Shown here: positions 15,867 through 26,657 of the stretch, in pieces
Position numbering within the stretch: position 1 is the first letter of the stretch
How the letters are laid out: each line of letters opens with the position of its first letter
Assembly: GCA_044450345.1 (NCBI GenBank)
Contig: JBIOIY010000025.1
Location: 1-40,107, forward strand
Origin: Thermodesulfovibrionales bacterium
GTDB lineage: Bacteria > Nitrospirota > Thermodesulfovibrionia > Thermodesulfovibrionales > UBA6898
DNA: 40,107 bases
Direction: 5' to 3'
Program-made: the position numbers and the translations under genes
The notes under the pieces: generated by a model
What the model saw: only the letters and a program-made list of their open reading frames with translations
The model's database searches: none
Told to the model about the DNA's origin: nothing

Positions 15867-18131
15867 ATGAACAGGCTTTGGAAGTGGTTCACCGACAGAT
15901 GGCCCTATTATCAGCTCAGGGACCTGCTCCTGGAGGAAGAAATTCCGGGAGGAGCGAGCTTCGCGTATACGCTGGGCACTTCGCTCATAATGATTTTTAT
16001 ATTGCAGGCTGTCTCCGGCATCCTCCAGCTCTTTTATTATGTCCCCACCGTCGATCATGCCTATGACAGTGTGAGTTACCTCCGGACCGAAGTGCCCTTC
16101 GGATGGCTGATACACAACATGCATTATTGGGGGGCGCAGGCGATGGTGCTGATTGTCGCCCTTCATATGATGCGTGTTTATATATGGGGGGCATACAAGA
16201 AAACGCCCCTTACCTGGTTTATAGGTATCGGCCTGGTTTTGACGGTCATGGCCATCAGCTTCACCGGCGCCCCTCTGATCTGGGACCAGGCGGGTTATTG
16301 GGCCGGGGAGGTCGGCAGCAGCATAGCCGGGGTGACGCCCGTGGCCGGAGGCCTGATGAAGATCATTCTTCGCGGGAGCGAGGTGATGGGGCAACTGGCA
16401 CTTTCCCGTTTCTTCGTGTTCCATGTGGGTGTGTTTGTACCGGTTCTTGCCCTCCTGATCGGGGTGCACGTGATCTCTTTCAGGACTTCAGGCGTCGGAG
16501 GCTCATGGGACGAGGAAAGGCGAAGCAGACCGGGTCCGCTCTGGCCGGACCAGATCTTCAGGGACATGGTAACGGCGTCGATTATTTTCTTCTGCCTCGT
16601 CACGCTCTCTGTTTTTTCCCCTGTGGCTTTCAAGGGCTCGGCCGACACGCTGAACATCTCCTATGTGCCAAAGCCTGAATGGAACTTTTTGTTTGTGTAT
16701 CAGGCGCTCAAGTATTTCCCGGGACCGTTGGAACCCATCGGTGCGGCAGGCGTCCCTGCTTTTTTTGTTTTCCTTCTTTTCATCGTTCCTCTTGTCGACA
16801 GAAATCCTGAGAGAAATCCATTCCGTCGTCCGATAGCAATGGCCTGTCTGATCATGTATGCGGGTGGTGTCCTGGCCTTGACCGTTATCGGTTATCTCAG
16901 TCCGGGCTTTGCCCAAATCCCTGAAACGAAGGAGGCAAAACCTGCAGTACAGGAAGCGCCCGCGCCGCTGGTATCCCCCGGGGTCAAAAGAGGTGAGCAG
17001 CTCTTTCAGTCGAGCGGATGCCTCAACTGCCATAAGGTCCGCGGCCGGGGCGGTTCCGTCGGCCCCGAGCTTGCGGGGGTCACTCTGAAGGGAAAGAGCC
17101 TGCAGTGGCTGATAGACCAGATCACTAATTCCAGGGCGCACTTCCCGAAGGGAGGACATACGACGAGTATGACGGCCTTTACCAATTTGAGCAAGGATGA
17201 GCTTAACGACATTGCCTCATACCTCATGAGCCTTGCTCAGGGCGCGGAAAATGGCGGCAGCGCGCAGATGCAGTCTGCCGGAGAAATCGGCAAGGGGAAG
17301 GAAGTCTTTCAGTCCAACGGCTGCTCTGGATGCCATAAGGTGAATGGACAGGGCGGAGCGGTCGGTCCTGAGCTCTCGGGAAGTACGTTACGCGGAAAGG
17401 ACCGTCAGTGGCTGGCCGACCAGATCACCAACCCCAAGTCGCATGACCCCAATTCGCCCATGCCTGCTTTTTCCGGCCTGAGCAAAGAGCAGCTTGACGA
17501 CCTGGTGTCATATCTCATGGGCCTGACGGGCGGCGCATCGCCCGCGGGAGCGCCTTCTGTCGGTGAAGGCCGGCCGGGTACGCAACAGGGACGGGAAAAG
17601 AAAACTGCGGTCTCTTCTGAGGGGGTGAGTTCAGCTGAGGTCCCTTCGGAAGAAAAGGCCCTGGAAGGACAGGTCGGAAGGGCGGCGTTCATTATTGGAA
17701 GCGCTGAAAACGGCGAAGACCTCTATAAAGAGCGGTGCCTCTCTTGTCACGGCGTCGCCGGGAAAGGCGGCATCCCGAACCCCGGTTCTAAAGACGGTAT
17801 CGTGCCGCCCCTTGACCCGATCGACCGCAAATTGTACAATGCCGACCCTGCGGTCTTTGCCGCGGCCATAGACAAGATCATCCAGCACGGGTCCATGCCG
17901 TCCGGAAAGCATCCGGCCCTCCATATGCCGGCGTGGGGAGATACCCGCTCGCTCACACAACAGGAGATCTCGAACCTCGAGGCGTATATATTGCAGCTGA
18001 ACGGGTCAGACCGCGGACAGATCATCAACCCAGGCATAGAGCCGCGAACGTTCTTCTTTATTGTTGCCGGCATCTATGTCCTCCTCGTTCTCATCCAGGG
18101 CGGCATCAGGATCAAGAAGAACATCCCATAG
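15867..18131 (+). CDS. Cytochrome b (b6 + subunit IV-like) fused to three c-type cytochrome domains
   Basis: Four heme-b His residues (NMHYW, LHMMR, FHVG, GVHV), Qo motif PEWN, three CxxCH motifs (CLNCH, CSGCH, CLSCH) and a C-terminal TM helix. Confidence 0.92.
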   Translation: MNRLWKWFTDRWPYYQLRDLLLEEEIPGGASFAYTLGTSLIMIFILQAVSGILQLFYYVPTVDHAYDSVSYLRTEVPFGWLIHNMHYWGAQAMVLIVALHMMRVYIWGAYKKTPLTWFIGIGLVLTVMAISFTGAPLIWDQAGYWAGEVGSSIAGVTPVAGGLMKIILRGSEVMGQLALSRFFVFHVGVFVPVLALLIGVHVISFRTSGVGGSWDEERRSRPGPLWPDQIFRDMVTASIIFFCLVTLSVFSPVAFKGSADTLNISYVPKPEWNFLFVYQALKYFPGPLEPIGAAGVPAFFVFLLFIVPLVDRNPERNPFRRPIAMACLIMYAGGVLALTVIGYLSPGFAQIPETKEAKPAVQEAPAPLVSPGVKRGEQLFQSSGCLNCHKVRGRGGSVGPELAGVTLKGKSLQWLIDQITNSRAHFPKGGHTTSMTAFTNLSKDELNDIASYLMSLAQGAENGGSAQMQSAGEIGKGKEVFQSNGCSGCHKVNGQGGAVGPELSGSTLRGKDRQWLADQITNPKSHDPNSPMPAFSGLSKEQLDDLVSYLMGLTGGASPAGAPSVGEGRPGTQQGREKKTAVSSEGVSSAEVPSEEKALEGQVGRAAFIIGSAENGEDLYKERCLSCHGVAGKGGIPNPGSKDGIVPPLDPIDRKLYNADPAVFAAAIDKIIQHGSMPSGKHPALHMPAWGDTRSLTQQEISNLEAYILQLNGSDRGQIINPGIEPRTFFFIVAGIYVLLVLIQGGIRIKKNIP

Positions 18132-18185
18132 CTGTTTTAGCAGTAATATGACCGCACACGCGAATGAATACGGGAGGTTAGTCAC

Positions 18186-19124
18186 ATGCAAATTGGAATG
18201 ATAGGTCTCGGCAAAATGGGGATGAACATGACGAAGCGGCTTATTAAAGGCGGCCACAGCGTCGTTGCGTACAATAAATCGGGGGATAAGATTGAAGAGG
18301 CGAAGAAGGCGAAGGCACGGCCCGCTTATTCGCTCGAAGAGCTGGTGAAGGCGCTGAAGCCGCCGCGGGTAATCTGGATCATGGTGCCTGCAGGAAAGCC
18401 TGTTGATGACACAATAGACCGGCTTATGGGCCTGCTCGAATCCGGAGACATCCTGATCGACGGCGGGAACAGTTTTTATAAAGACGACATCAGCCGGGAG
18501 CAGAGGCTTGAGCCGTTCGGCCTGCACTATATGGACATCGGCGTGAGCGGCGGGATATGGGGGCTTAAAGAAGGCTATTGCCTCATGGCGGGAGGTGACA
18601 GGGATATCTTCAGGCGGATCGAGCCGTTTCTCAAGACGCTCGCACCGAAGGACGGGTACCTCTACTGCGGGCCTGTGGGTGCAGGACACTTTGTGAAGAT
18701 GGTGCATAATGGAATCGAATACGGCCTCATGGCCGCCTATGGCGAAGGGTTCCATGTACTCCATGAATCACAGTATGCGAAGGGTCTCAACCTGGCAGAT
18801 GTGGCACATCTCTGGAACCAGGGCTCGGTCGTCAGGTCATGGCTGCTCGAACTTGCCGAGGACGCCTTCAGAAAAGACGGGGACCTCTCCGGGATCAGGG
18901 GATATGTGGAGGACTCGGGTGAGGGGCGATGGACCGTACAGCAGGCGATCGATATGGGTGTGCCCGCGCCTATCACTGCGCTTTCGTTATTCGGCAGGTT
19001 CAGATCGCGGGAGCAAGAGTCTTTTTCTGACAAACTTCTCGCTGCGCTGAGAAATGAATTCGGCGGGCACGCGGTGAAAGCGGAACCGATAAAGACAGGC
19101 GCGAAAAAGAAGAGGATGAAATAA
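18186..19124 (+). CDS. gnd: 6-phosphogluconate dehydrogenase, decarboxylating (short type)
   Basis: GLGKMG, IDGGNS, GVSGG, GHFVKMVHNGIEYG, DSGEGRWT and LRNEFGGH. 312 aa. Confidence 0.92.
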   Translation: MQIGMIGLGKMGMNMTKRLIKGGHSVVAYNKSGDKIEEAKKAKARPAYSLEELVKALKPPRVIWIMVPAGKPVDDTIDRLMGLLESGDILIDGGNSFYKDDISREQRLEPFGLHYMDIGVSGGIWGLKEGYCLMAGGDRDIFRRIEPFLKTLAPKDGYLYCGPVGAGHFVKMVHNGIEYGLMAAYGEGFHVLHESQYAKGLNLADVAHLWNQGSVVRSWLLELAEDAFRKDGDLSGIRGYVEDSGEGRWTVQQAIDMGVPAPITALSLFGRFRSREQESFSDKLLAALRNEFGGHAVKAEPIKTGAKKKRMK

Positions 19125-19137
19125 GGAGAAATCATAA

Positions 19138-19542
19138 TTGAACGCAAATAGCGCTCATGACGCAGTCCTCTGGCCGCTTGTGGTCTATTTTTTCCTGGTG
19201 GTGTGCCTCCTGGTTGTTATGGTCGTTTTCTCTTACTTACTCGGGCAGAGGCACAGGGAGCGGGCCACCGACATCCCTTATGAATCGGGTGTGGCGTCCA
19301 CAGGGACCGCCCGTATACGCTTCGATATCAAGTTTTATCTGGTCGCGATGTTCTTCGTGATCTTTGACGTTGAAGCAGTGTTTATCTTCGCATGGGCGAT
19401 TGCGCTGCGCGAGACAGGATGGACGGGGTATGTCGAGATGCTGATCTTCATCGCGGTTCTCCTGGCGGCCCTTGTGTACCTCTGGAGACTCGGCGCGCTC
19501 GACTGGGGCCCGAGAGGGCGAACGACAGAAAAGACTGAGTAG
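19138..19542 (+). CDS. nuoA: NADH-quinone oxidoreductase subunit A
   Basis: PYESG and [15 protein letters not shown], three TM segments. TTG start after AAGGAG. Confidence 0.95.
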   Translation: MNANSAHDAVLWPLVVYFFLVVCLLVVMVVFSYLLGQRHRERATDIPYESGVASTGTARIRFDIKFYLVAMFFVIFDVEAVFIFAWAIALRETGWTGYVEMLIFIAVLLAALVYLWRLGALDWGPRGRTTEKTE

Positions 19543-19558
19543 GGAGGAAGAGGCGCCG

Positions 19559-20197
19559 ATGGAATGGTCATTGACGAAACCGGGGCGGCAGTCTGCCGAA
19601 AAGGGGACGAAAGACCCGTTACAGGAAGCAGTGTCGCGCAGTCTGCTCTTCGGCAGGCTCCAGGACCTTCTCGCCTGGGGCAGAAAGAATTCGATCTGGC
19701 CCTTCAACTTCGGCCTTTCGTGCTGTTACGTTGAATTCGCCACTGCCCTCACGAGCAAGTATGACATCGCCCGCTTCGGCGCGGAGGTGATACGCGGTAC
19801 GCCGAGGGAGGCGGACCTTATGATTATTGCCGGCACCGTCTTCATCAAGATGGCGCCTGTGATAAAGCAGCTTTACGAGCAGATGATGGAGCCCCGATGG
19901 GTGATATCGATGGGCTCCTGCGCGAACTCAGGAGGCATGTACGACATCTACAGCGTGGTGCAGGGAGTCGACAAGTTCCTTCCTGTCGACGTCTATGTGC
20001 CAGGCTGCCCTCCGCGGCCCGATGCGTTTATGGAAGGGCTTCTTCTTCTGCGCGACCATATCGGACGGGAGAGAAGACCTCTTAGCTGGGCCGTAGGGCC
20101 GCAGGCGACCGAGTGTCCGCCGCGTGTTTCGCAGCGCGACCTCAAGAGAGAGGGAAGACGAAAGGCTGCGCTCTTGAGACCGCCGGACGAGGTGTAA
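19559..20197 (+). CDS. nuoB: NADH-quinone oxidoreductase subunit B
   Basis: [17 protein letters not shown] and PGCPPRP. Start ATG 19559 after GGAGG. Confidence 0.95.
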   Translation: MEWSLTKPGRQSAEKGTKDPLQEAVSRSLLFGRLQDLLAWGRKNSIWPFNFGLSCCYVEFATALTSKYDIARFGAEVIRGTPREADLMIIAGTVFIKMAPVIKQLYEQMMEPRWVISMGSCANSGGMYDIYSVVQGVDKFLPVDVYVPGCPPRPDAFMEGLLLLRDHIGRERRPLSWAVGPQATECPPRVSQRDLKREGRRKAALLRPPDEV

Positions 20198-20203
20198 TCG
20201 GAG

Positions 20204-21952
20204 ATGATCGAAAATAATCCGGCCGTCGAGGAGCTAAGGAACGAGTTCGGGGACGGAATTGTTGCGGTCCAGGCAACTGCCGACCTCATCCCTACTGTCT
20301 GGACTTCAGTTGAGAAGGCCCGGGAGGTCGTTCGGTTTCTGAAGAACTGTGCCCGGTCTCCTTACCGGACGCTCTATGACCTGACTGCCGTGGACGAGCG
20401 CTTCCGTACTAACCGTGAGGGGCTTCCGGAGAGCGATTTTACAGTTGTGTATCATCTCCTCTCCTACGGGAGGAATGAGGATATCCGCATCAAGGTGCCG
20501 CTGAAAGGCGAATATCCTTCACTTCCTTCGGTCACCGGAATATGGCCCTCCGCTGACTGGTACGAAAGGGAGGTCTGGGACATGTTCGGCATCACCTTCG
20601 AGGGCCATCCTCATCTGAGGAGGATATTGATGCCCCCGACATGGGAGGGTCATCCACTGCGCAAGGAACATCCTGCGAGGGCAACCGAGATGGGTCCGTT
20701 CCGTATGTCTGAAGTAAGAGAGGAGGAAGAGCAGAGGGCGCTCCGCTTCCGTCCGGAGGATTGGGGTATGAAGAAGAGCCATGAAGACACTGACTTCATG
20801 TTCCTCAACCTCGGTCCCCAGCATCCGGGCACTCACGGCCTGCTCAGAATTATCCTTGAACTCGACGGTGAGGAGATCGTCAACTCGGTGCTCGATATCG
20901 GCTACCACCACCGCGCAGCCGAAAAAATGGGGGAGCGTCAGTCATGGCATACCTTCATCCCCTATACCGACCGGATCGATTACCTTGGCGGCGTCATGAA
21001 TAACCTGCCGTATGTCCTGGCGGTCGAGAAGCTCGCCGGGATAGAAGTGCCTGAAAAGGCACAGGTGGTGAGGGTCATGATGGCGGAGTTCTTCAGGATC
21101 GCTAGCCACCTCGTCTGGTACGGCACCTTTGCCCAGGACATAGGACAGCTCTCCCCGGTATTTTATATGTTCACCGACCGCGAGCGGGTATTCGGTATCG
21201 TCGAGGCGATATGCGGCGGCCGAATGCACCCGGGCTGGTTCAGGATTGGGGGCGTTGCCCAGGACCTGCCGAAGGGCTGGGACCGGCTCGTCAGCGATTT
21301 TCTCGACTATCTGCCCCAAAGGCTGGCCGAATACGACAAGATGGTGATGCAGAACAGCATCCTGAAGGCGCGGACCAGGGGCATAGGGATATATACGCTC
21401 GACGAGGCGATAGAATGGGGCATAACCGGACCGGGCCTGCGGGCCTGCGGGTTCGAATGGGATTTCCGGAAAAAAAGGCCATATTCCGGCTATGAGCAGT
21501 TTGAGTTCGATGTCCCTACCGGGTCCCGCGGCGACTGCTATGATCGCGGTGTGGTTCGTATAGAGGAGATCAGGCAGAGCCTGCGGATCATTGAACAATG
21601 TCTCAAGCACATGCCGGACGGTCCTTACAAGTCAGGGCATCGGCTTGCCACGCCGCCGTTGAAGGAGCGTACCATGCACGATATCGAGACGCTCATCACG
21701 CATTTCCTGAACGTCAGCTGGGGGCCGGTAATTCCGCCTGGGGAGGTCTTTGTGGGTATTGAGGCGACGAAGGGGAATAACGGGTATTACCTTACCAGTG
21801 ACGGAAGCACGATGTCGTATCGCACGCGCATCCGCACCCCGTCTTTTGCGCACCTGCAGATGTTGCCCCTGATCAGCCGCGGCCTGACGGTCCAGGACCT
21901 GCTCGCGATCATCGCCAGCGTGGATTTCGTGTTGGCGGATGTGGACAGATGA
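20204..21952 (+). CDS. nuoCD: NADH-quinone oxidoreductase fused subunit C/D
   Basis: NuoC motif EREVWDMFG...GHPLRK followed by NuoD motifs [21 protein letters not shown] and a DVDR end. Confidence 0.96.
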   Translation: MIENNPAVEELRNEFGDGIVAVQATADLIPTVWTSVEKAREVVRFLKNCARSPYRTLYDLTAVDERFRTNREGLPESDFTVVYHLLSYGRNEDIRIKVPLKGEYPSLPSVTGIWPSADWYEREVWDMFGITFEGHPHLRRILMPPTWEGHPLRKEHPARATEMGPFRMSEVREEEEQRALRFRPEDWGMKKSHEDTDFMFLNLGPQHPGTHGLLRIILELDGEEIVNSVLDIGYHHRAAEKMGERQSWHTFIPYTDRIDYLGGVMNNLPYVLAVEKLAGIEVPEKAQVVRVMMAEFFRIASHLVWYGTFAQDIGQLSPVFYMFTDRERVFGIVEAICGGRMHPGWFRIGGVAQDLPKGWDRLVSDFLDYLPQRLAEYDKMVMQNSILKARTRGIGIYTLDEAIEWGITGPGLRACGFEWDFRKKRPYSGYEQFEFDVPTGSRGDCYDRGVVRIEEIRQSLRIIEQCLKHMPDGPYKSGHRLATPPLKERTMHDIETLITHFLNVSWGPVIPPGEVFVGIEATKGNNGYYLTSDGSTMSYRTRIRTPSFAHLQMLPLISRGLTVQDLLAIIASVDFVLADVDR

Positions 21953-21960
21953 GAGAGAGG

Positions 21961-22139
21961 TTCATAACTCCCCTTTCCCCCTTTGGGAATCATAACTCCC
22001 CTTTTACCCCCTCTTGTCTTTTCACCTCGGCGAATCCGCCTGAGTGCGGAAAGAGGGGGAGAGGCGCCCTGCCTGCCGGCAGGCAGGAAGCCCGGGGGCG
22101 TTATCTTTACAGGGGGTGCCGAAGGCAGGGGCGTTACAA
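21961..22139. repeat. Nested palindromic repeat cluster between nuoCD and nuoE
   Basis: TCATAACTCCCCTT twice, CCCCCTCTT/AAGAGGGGG, GGGGCGTTA twice, with inner TCCGCCTGAGTGCGGA and the 20-bp palindrome. Confidence 0.75.
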
Positions 22140-22168
22140 AGACACGCGTGGCATTTTGGAGACAGACA

Positions 22169-22630
22169 GTGCCTACTGACGAAGAGAGAAGGCAGATAGA
22201 GGAAGAGTTGAAAAAAGCGGCGTATAAGCGGGGGGCCTGTGTTGACGCGCTGAAGATCGTGCAGAGGCACCGCGGTTGGGTCTCGGACGAGATCAGAGGC
22301 ATTGCGGGGATGCTCGACATGACCCCTGACGAACTCGACGGAGTTGCGACTTTCTACAATCTTATATTCAGAAAACCGGTGGGAAAGCATGTCATCCTCG
22401 TTTGTGACAGCATTAGCTGCTGGGTCATGGGATACGAGCCTGTGCGGGAACATCTGAAGAGGCGGCTTGGCATCGGCCTGGGCGAAACGACCACTGACGG
22501 TCAGTTCACTGTCCTTCCGATCTCATGTCTCGGCGCCTGCGATCATGCGCCCGCGATGATGGTCGACGACGAACTTTACCTCGATTTGACGGGCGAAAGG
22601 ATCGATGAGATACTCGAAAAATACATATAG
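22169..22630 (+). CDS. nuoE: NADH-quinone oxidoreductase subunit E
   Basis: VATFY, CDSISC and CLGAC 2Fe-2S ligands. Likely GTG start at 22169 after GGAG; the longer ORF is read through repeat DNA. Confidence 0.92.
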   Translation: MPTDEERRQIEEELKKAAYKRGACVDALKIVQRHRGWVSDEIRGIAGMLDMTPDELDGVATFYNLIFRKPVGKHVILVCDSISCWVMGYEPVREHLKRRLGIGLGETTTDGQFTVLPISCLGACDHAPAMMVDDELYLDLTGERIDEILEKYI

Positions 22631-22639
22631 GACAATAGA

Positions 22640-23917
22640 ATGACCGAAAAGCCGCTGACAAAGGACATTCGGCCCGACAGGGTGCCGGTAAGCCTGAAAG
22701 AATACAAGGCCGCAGGCGGCTACGAGGCCCTTCGAAAAGCGCTGAAAGAAATGTCCCCGAAGGACGTGCAGAAAATAGTGACCGATTCCAACCTAAGGGG
22801 CAGGGGCGGCGCTGGGTTTCCGACAGGCCAGAAGTGGAGCTTCGTACCGATGGGAGAAGACGCGCCGCGGCCCAAGTACCTGATCTGCAATGCCGACGAG
22901 ATGGAGCCGGGGACCTTCAAGGACAGACTCCTCCTGGAAGGGAATCCGCACCAACTCTTAGAGGGGATGATCATCAGCGCCTATGCTGTCCAGGCCGACG
23001 TGTCATATATCTTCATGAGATGGGCCTATAAACTGGCTGCCGCAAGAATCGAAAAGGCGATTGCCGAGGCATACGAAAACAATTACCTCGGGAAGAACAT
23101 CCTCGGGTCCGGGTACAGTCTGGATATGTACCTCCATACGAGTGCCGGCCGTTACATATGCGGCGAGGAGACGGCGCTCTTGAACGCGCTCGAAGGAAAA
23201 CGGGCCACGCCGAGGGCCAAACCGCCTTTCCCTCAGGTATGCGGACTCTGGGGCAGGCCGACTGTGGTGAACAATGTCGAGACGCTTTCGAATGTCTCTC
23301 ACATCGTGAAGAACGGCCCGGACTGGTTCAAAGGGCTGAGCGTTTCACCTGACTCCGGCACAAAGCTCTACGGGGTGAGCGGGAAGGTGAAGAGGCCGGG
23401 GGCCTGGGAGCTGCCGATGGGCGTGACGATCAGAGAACTGCTCTACGAGCATGCGGGCGGCATGCGCGACGGCTTCAGGTTCCGCAGCGTGATACCCGGA
23501 GGGGCGTCGACGGAATTTCTTGTGGAAGAGCATCTCGATGTGAAAATGGACTATGACTCGGTACAGAAGGCCGGAAGCAGGCTCGGGACAGGCACAATGA
23601 TCGTTATCGACGACAAGACCTGCCCGATCGGGGCGATGCATAACCTCGAAGCGTTTTTCGCGCGCGAGTCGTGCGGCTGGTGCACCCCCTGCCGCGAAGG
23701 GCTACGGTGGATAGAGCAGACGTTGCACGCGATCGAAAACGGCGAGGGAGAGCCGGGAGACATACAAGTACTTGAAGAGCAGTGCAGACGCCTCGGTCCC
23801 GGGAATACGTTCTGCGCCCTGGCACCCGGCGCGGTCGAGCCCCTTCAGAGCGGGCTGAAGATATTCAGGGAAGATTTCGAGAGGCATATACGGGAGAAAA
23901 GGTGCTCGTGGAGATGA
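22640..23917 (+). CDS. nuoF: NADH-quinone oxidoreductase subunit F
   Basis: GRGGAGFPTG, NADEMEPGTFKDR, YICGEETAL and ESCGWCTPCREG. Confidence 0.97.
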   Translation: MTEKPLTKDIRPDRVPVSLKEYKAAGGYEALRKALKEMSPKDVQKIVTDSNLRGRGGAGFPTGQKWSFVPMGEDAPRPKYLICNADEMEPGTFKDRLLLEGNPHQLLEGMIISAYAVQADVSYIFMRWAYKLAAARIEKAIAEAYENNYLGKNILGSGYSLDMYLHTSAGRYICGEETALLNALEGKRATPRAKPPFPQVCGLWGRPTVVNNVETLSNVSHIVKNGPDWFKGLSVSPDSGTKLYGVSGKVKRPGAWELPMGVTIRELLYEHAGGMRDGFRFRSVIPGGASTEFLVEEHLDVKMDYDSVQKAGSRLGTGTMIVIDDKTCPIGAMHNLEAFFARESCGWCTPCREGLRWIEQTLHAIENGEGEPGDIQVLEEQCRRLGPGNTFCALAPGAVEPLQSGLKIFREDFERHIREKRCSWR

Positions 23918-23929
23918 GGGCGTTTGACG

Positions 23930-26656
23930 ATGGCGACGATTTTCATAGACAATAAACCATACACGGTGAAGGACGGAGACAATCTTCTCCATGCCTGTCT
24001 TTCGCTCGGGTTCGACCTTCCTTATTTTTGCTGGCACCCGGCGATGCATTCGGTCGGGGCATGCAGGCAATGCGCGGTGAAGCAGTTCAGGGACGAAAAC
24101 GACACGCGCGGAAAGATCGTGATGGCCTGTATGACGCCTGCCGCAGACGGCACCCGGATCTCTATCGACGACCCTGATGCGAAGGCCTTCAGGGCCGACG
24201 TGATCGAATGGCTTATGCTCAGCCATCCCCACGACTGTCCTGTCTGCGACGAGGGGGGAGAATGTCATCTGCAGGACATGACTGTTATGACCGGACACGC
24301 CTACCGGAGGACGCGCTTTAAAAAGCGGACCCACAGAAACCAGTACCTCGGCCCTTTTATCAATCACGAGATGAACCGCTGCATCCAGTGCTACCGGTGC
24401 GTCAGGTTCTATCGGGACTATGCCGGCGGCCGCGACTTCAATGTATTTGCCTGCAACCACGCGGTCTATTTCGGCAGGCATGAGGAGGGCGTGCTCGAAA
24501 ACGAGTTTAGCGGCAACCTGGTAGAGGTCTGCCCTACCGGCGTCTTTACCGACAAAACCCTGAAGCAGCATTACGTGCGCAAATGGGACCTGCAGACGGC
24601 GCCGTCTGTCTGCGTGCACTGCGGCATCGGATGTAATATCATCCCCGGCGAGCGCCGCGGGGATTTGTTGAGGGTGCATAACCGTTTTCATAGTGAAATA
24701 AACGGCTACTTCCTCTGCGACCGGGGGAGGTACGGATATGATTTCGTCAACTGCAATGAGAGGATCAGAATGCCGAGACTCCGTCGCACGACAAGCGGCG
24801 GCAAGCCAGTCAGTGTGACGAAGGAAGAGGCGCTCGGTCATATTGCCGGACTTCTGCATTTTGGAGCGAGGGTGATCGGGATCGGTTCTCCGCGGGCCTC
24901 CCTCGAGGCCAATTTCGCGCTGCGTTCCCTGGTAGGAGCGAAGAATTTTTGCGCGGGAATGTCCGAGAAGGACCTGCTGCTGGTCCGGCTGATGGCCGAT
25001 ATCCTCATAAAAGGACCTGCACGTTCTCCTTCCCTTTCCGATATCGCGGGTTCGGACGCGGTCTTCGTGCTCGGCGAAGATCTGACGAACAGTGCCCCGA
25101 TGATTGCTCTGGCCCTGCGCCAGTCGGTCCGTCAGAAACCGATGGCGATCGCAGAGAAGATCCATATCCCGAAATGGAACGACTCGGCTGTGCGCGAGGC
25201 AGTACAGAATGAAAAGGGTCCTCTGTTTCTTGCGACCCCCTGCCTGACGAAGCTCGAAGAAGTGGCGGCTGGTATCTATCATGGTGCGCCGGAAGACATT
25301 GCGAGGCTCGGGTTCGCGGTCGCCCATGAACTGGACCCTGAAGCGCCCGTTGTCGAAGGTATGACAGAGCAGTTGCTGTCCCTTGCACGTGTAATAGCGG
25401 GGGGTCTGGGAATGTCTGAACGTCCTCTCGTTGTCTCGGGACAGGGCTGCGGCAGCGCGGCGGTGATAGAGGCCGCCGCCAATATCTCACTGGCGCTTTA
25501 TAAAAAAGGAAAACCTGCCGGACTCTGTTTTGCGGTTGAGGAGTGCAATACATTGGGTATCGGCATGATGGGCGGCGGGAGTCTGGAACAGGCGATTACG
25601 GACGCTCATGAAGGGAAGGCCGATACGGTCATTATCCTCGAAAACGACATCTTCCGCCGGACTGAAAAGGCCTTCGCGGAGAAGTTGTTCACGGCAGCCG
25701 GACAGGTGATCGTGATCGACCATCTGAAGAATGAAACGACGGACAGGGCTGAGACTGTGCTTCCTGCATCGACCTTTGCGGAGACGGGCGGCACTCTCGT
25801 CAACAGCGAGGGCCGGGCCCAGCGCTTCTTTCAGGTGTTTCTGCCCGGGGATGAAGTGATGGAGGGCTGGCGATGGCTCCTCCGCATGCTCGACGTGGCG
25901 GGCCGGCCGGAGGCAGGCGGGTGGTCGGGGCTCGATGATATTACCAGCGCGCTTTGCGATGCGTATCCGGTATTTGCAGGGGCGAAGGACGCGGCGCCTC
26001 AGGCGGATTTCCGCATGAAAGGAAGAAAGATACCCCGTCAGCCCCACAGGTACAGCGGCCGCACCGCACTGCTCGCAGACATCAGCGTACATGAACCCAA
26101 ACCTCCTGACGATCATGACTCTCCTCTCTCTTTTTCGATGGAGGGATACGAGGGCATACCTCCATCGGCGTTGATTCCCCGTTACTGGGCGGGCGGTTGG
26201 AATTCGGTCCAGGCTCTCAACAAGTTCCAGGAGGAAGTGGGCGGTCTTCTCCGCGGCGGTGACCCCGGCAGACGTCTCATCGAGCCGGATAAGAAATATC
26301 AGCAGAAGTATTTTGACAAGGTGCCGGGGCCGTTCTTTCGGCGTGAAGGGGAATGGCTGCTCATTCCTCTTTACCATATCTTCGGCTCTGAGGAACTGAG
26401 CAGCAGGGCCCAGGCGATCGCGGAACGTTCGCCCGCTCCTTATATTGCCCTGAACTCCGGTGACGCATCAGGACTCGGAGTGGCCGATGGCGGGATGATT
26501 GGGCTGTCGATCTTCGATGCCTCGCATCACCTGACGGTCAGGACCACGCCATCTCTGCCTGAAGGCGTGGCCGGTGTCCCTGTGGGTATCATCCCTCACC
26601 TGAACGGCAGCGTTCTGCCTGCCTGGGGCAGGCTGAAGAAAGGGGAGGGCGGCTAA
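23930..26656 (+). CDS. nuoG: NADH-quinone oxidoreductase subunit G (long type)
   Basis: [30 protein letters not shown] and an extra N7-type CVHCGIGC. About 908 aa. Confidence 0.96.
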   Translation: MATIFIDNKPYTVKDGDNLLHACLSLGFDLPYFCWHPAMHSVGACRQCAVKQFRDENDTRGKIVMACMTPAADGTRISIDDPDAKAFRADVIEWLMLSHPHDCPVCDEGGECHLQDMTVMTGHAYRRTRFKKRTHRNQYLGPFINHEMNRCIQCYRCVRFYRDYAGGRDFNVFACNHAVYFGRHEEGVLENEFSGNLVEVCPTGVFTDKTLKQHYVRKWDLQTAPSVCVHCGIGCNIIPGERRGDLLRVHNRFHSEINGYFLCDRGRYGYDFVNCNERIRMPRLRRTTSGGKPVSVTKEEALGHIAGLLHFGARVIGIGSPRASLEANFALRSLVGAKNFCAGMSEKDLLLVRLMADILIKGPARSPSLSDIAGSDAVFVLGEDLTNSAPMIALALRQSVRQKPMAIAEKIHIPKWNDSAVREAVQNEKGPLFLATPCLTKLEEVAAGIYHGAPEDIARLGFAVAHELDPEAPVVEGMTEQLLSLARVIAGGLGMSERPLVVSGQGCGSAAVIEAAANISLALYKKGKPAGLCFAVEECNTLGIGMMGGGSLEQAITDAHEGKADTVIILENDIFRRTEKAFAEKLFTAAGQVIVIDHLKNETTDRAETVLPASTFAETGGTLVNSEGRAQRFFQVFLPGDEVMEGWRWLLRMLDVAGRPEAGGWSGLDDITSALCDAYPVFAGAKDAAPQADFRMKGRKIPRQPHRYSGRTALLADISVHEPKPPDDHDSPLSFSMEGYEGIPPSALIPRYWAGGWNSVQALNKFQEEVGGLLRGGDPGRRLIEPDKKYQQKYFDKVPGPFFRREGEWLLIPLYHIFGSEELSSRAQAIAERSPAPYIALNSGDASGLGVADGGMIGLSIFDASHHLTVRTTPSLPEGVAGVPVGIIPHLNGSVLPAWGRLKKGEGG

Positions 26657-26657
26657 T

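Noticed and set aside
21983..22168. 62-aa N-terminal extension of NuoE
   Set aside because: It is derived from repeat DNA, and GTG 22169 has an SD and gives a normal-length NuoE.
23702..25327. Long antisense ORFs (541 aa here, 411 aa at 31158-32393, and others)
   Set aside because: They are shadow frames of GC-rich nuo genes with no independent motifs.
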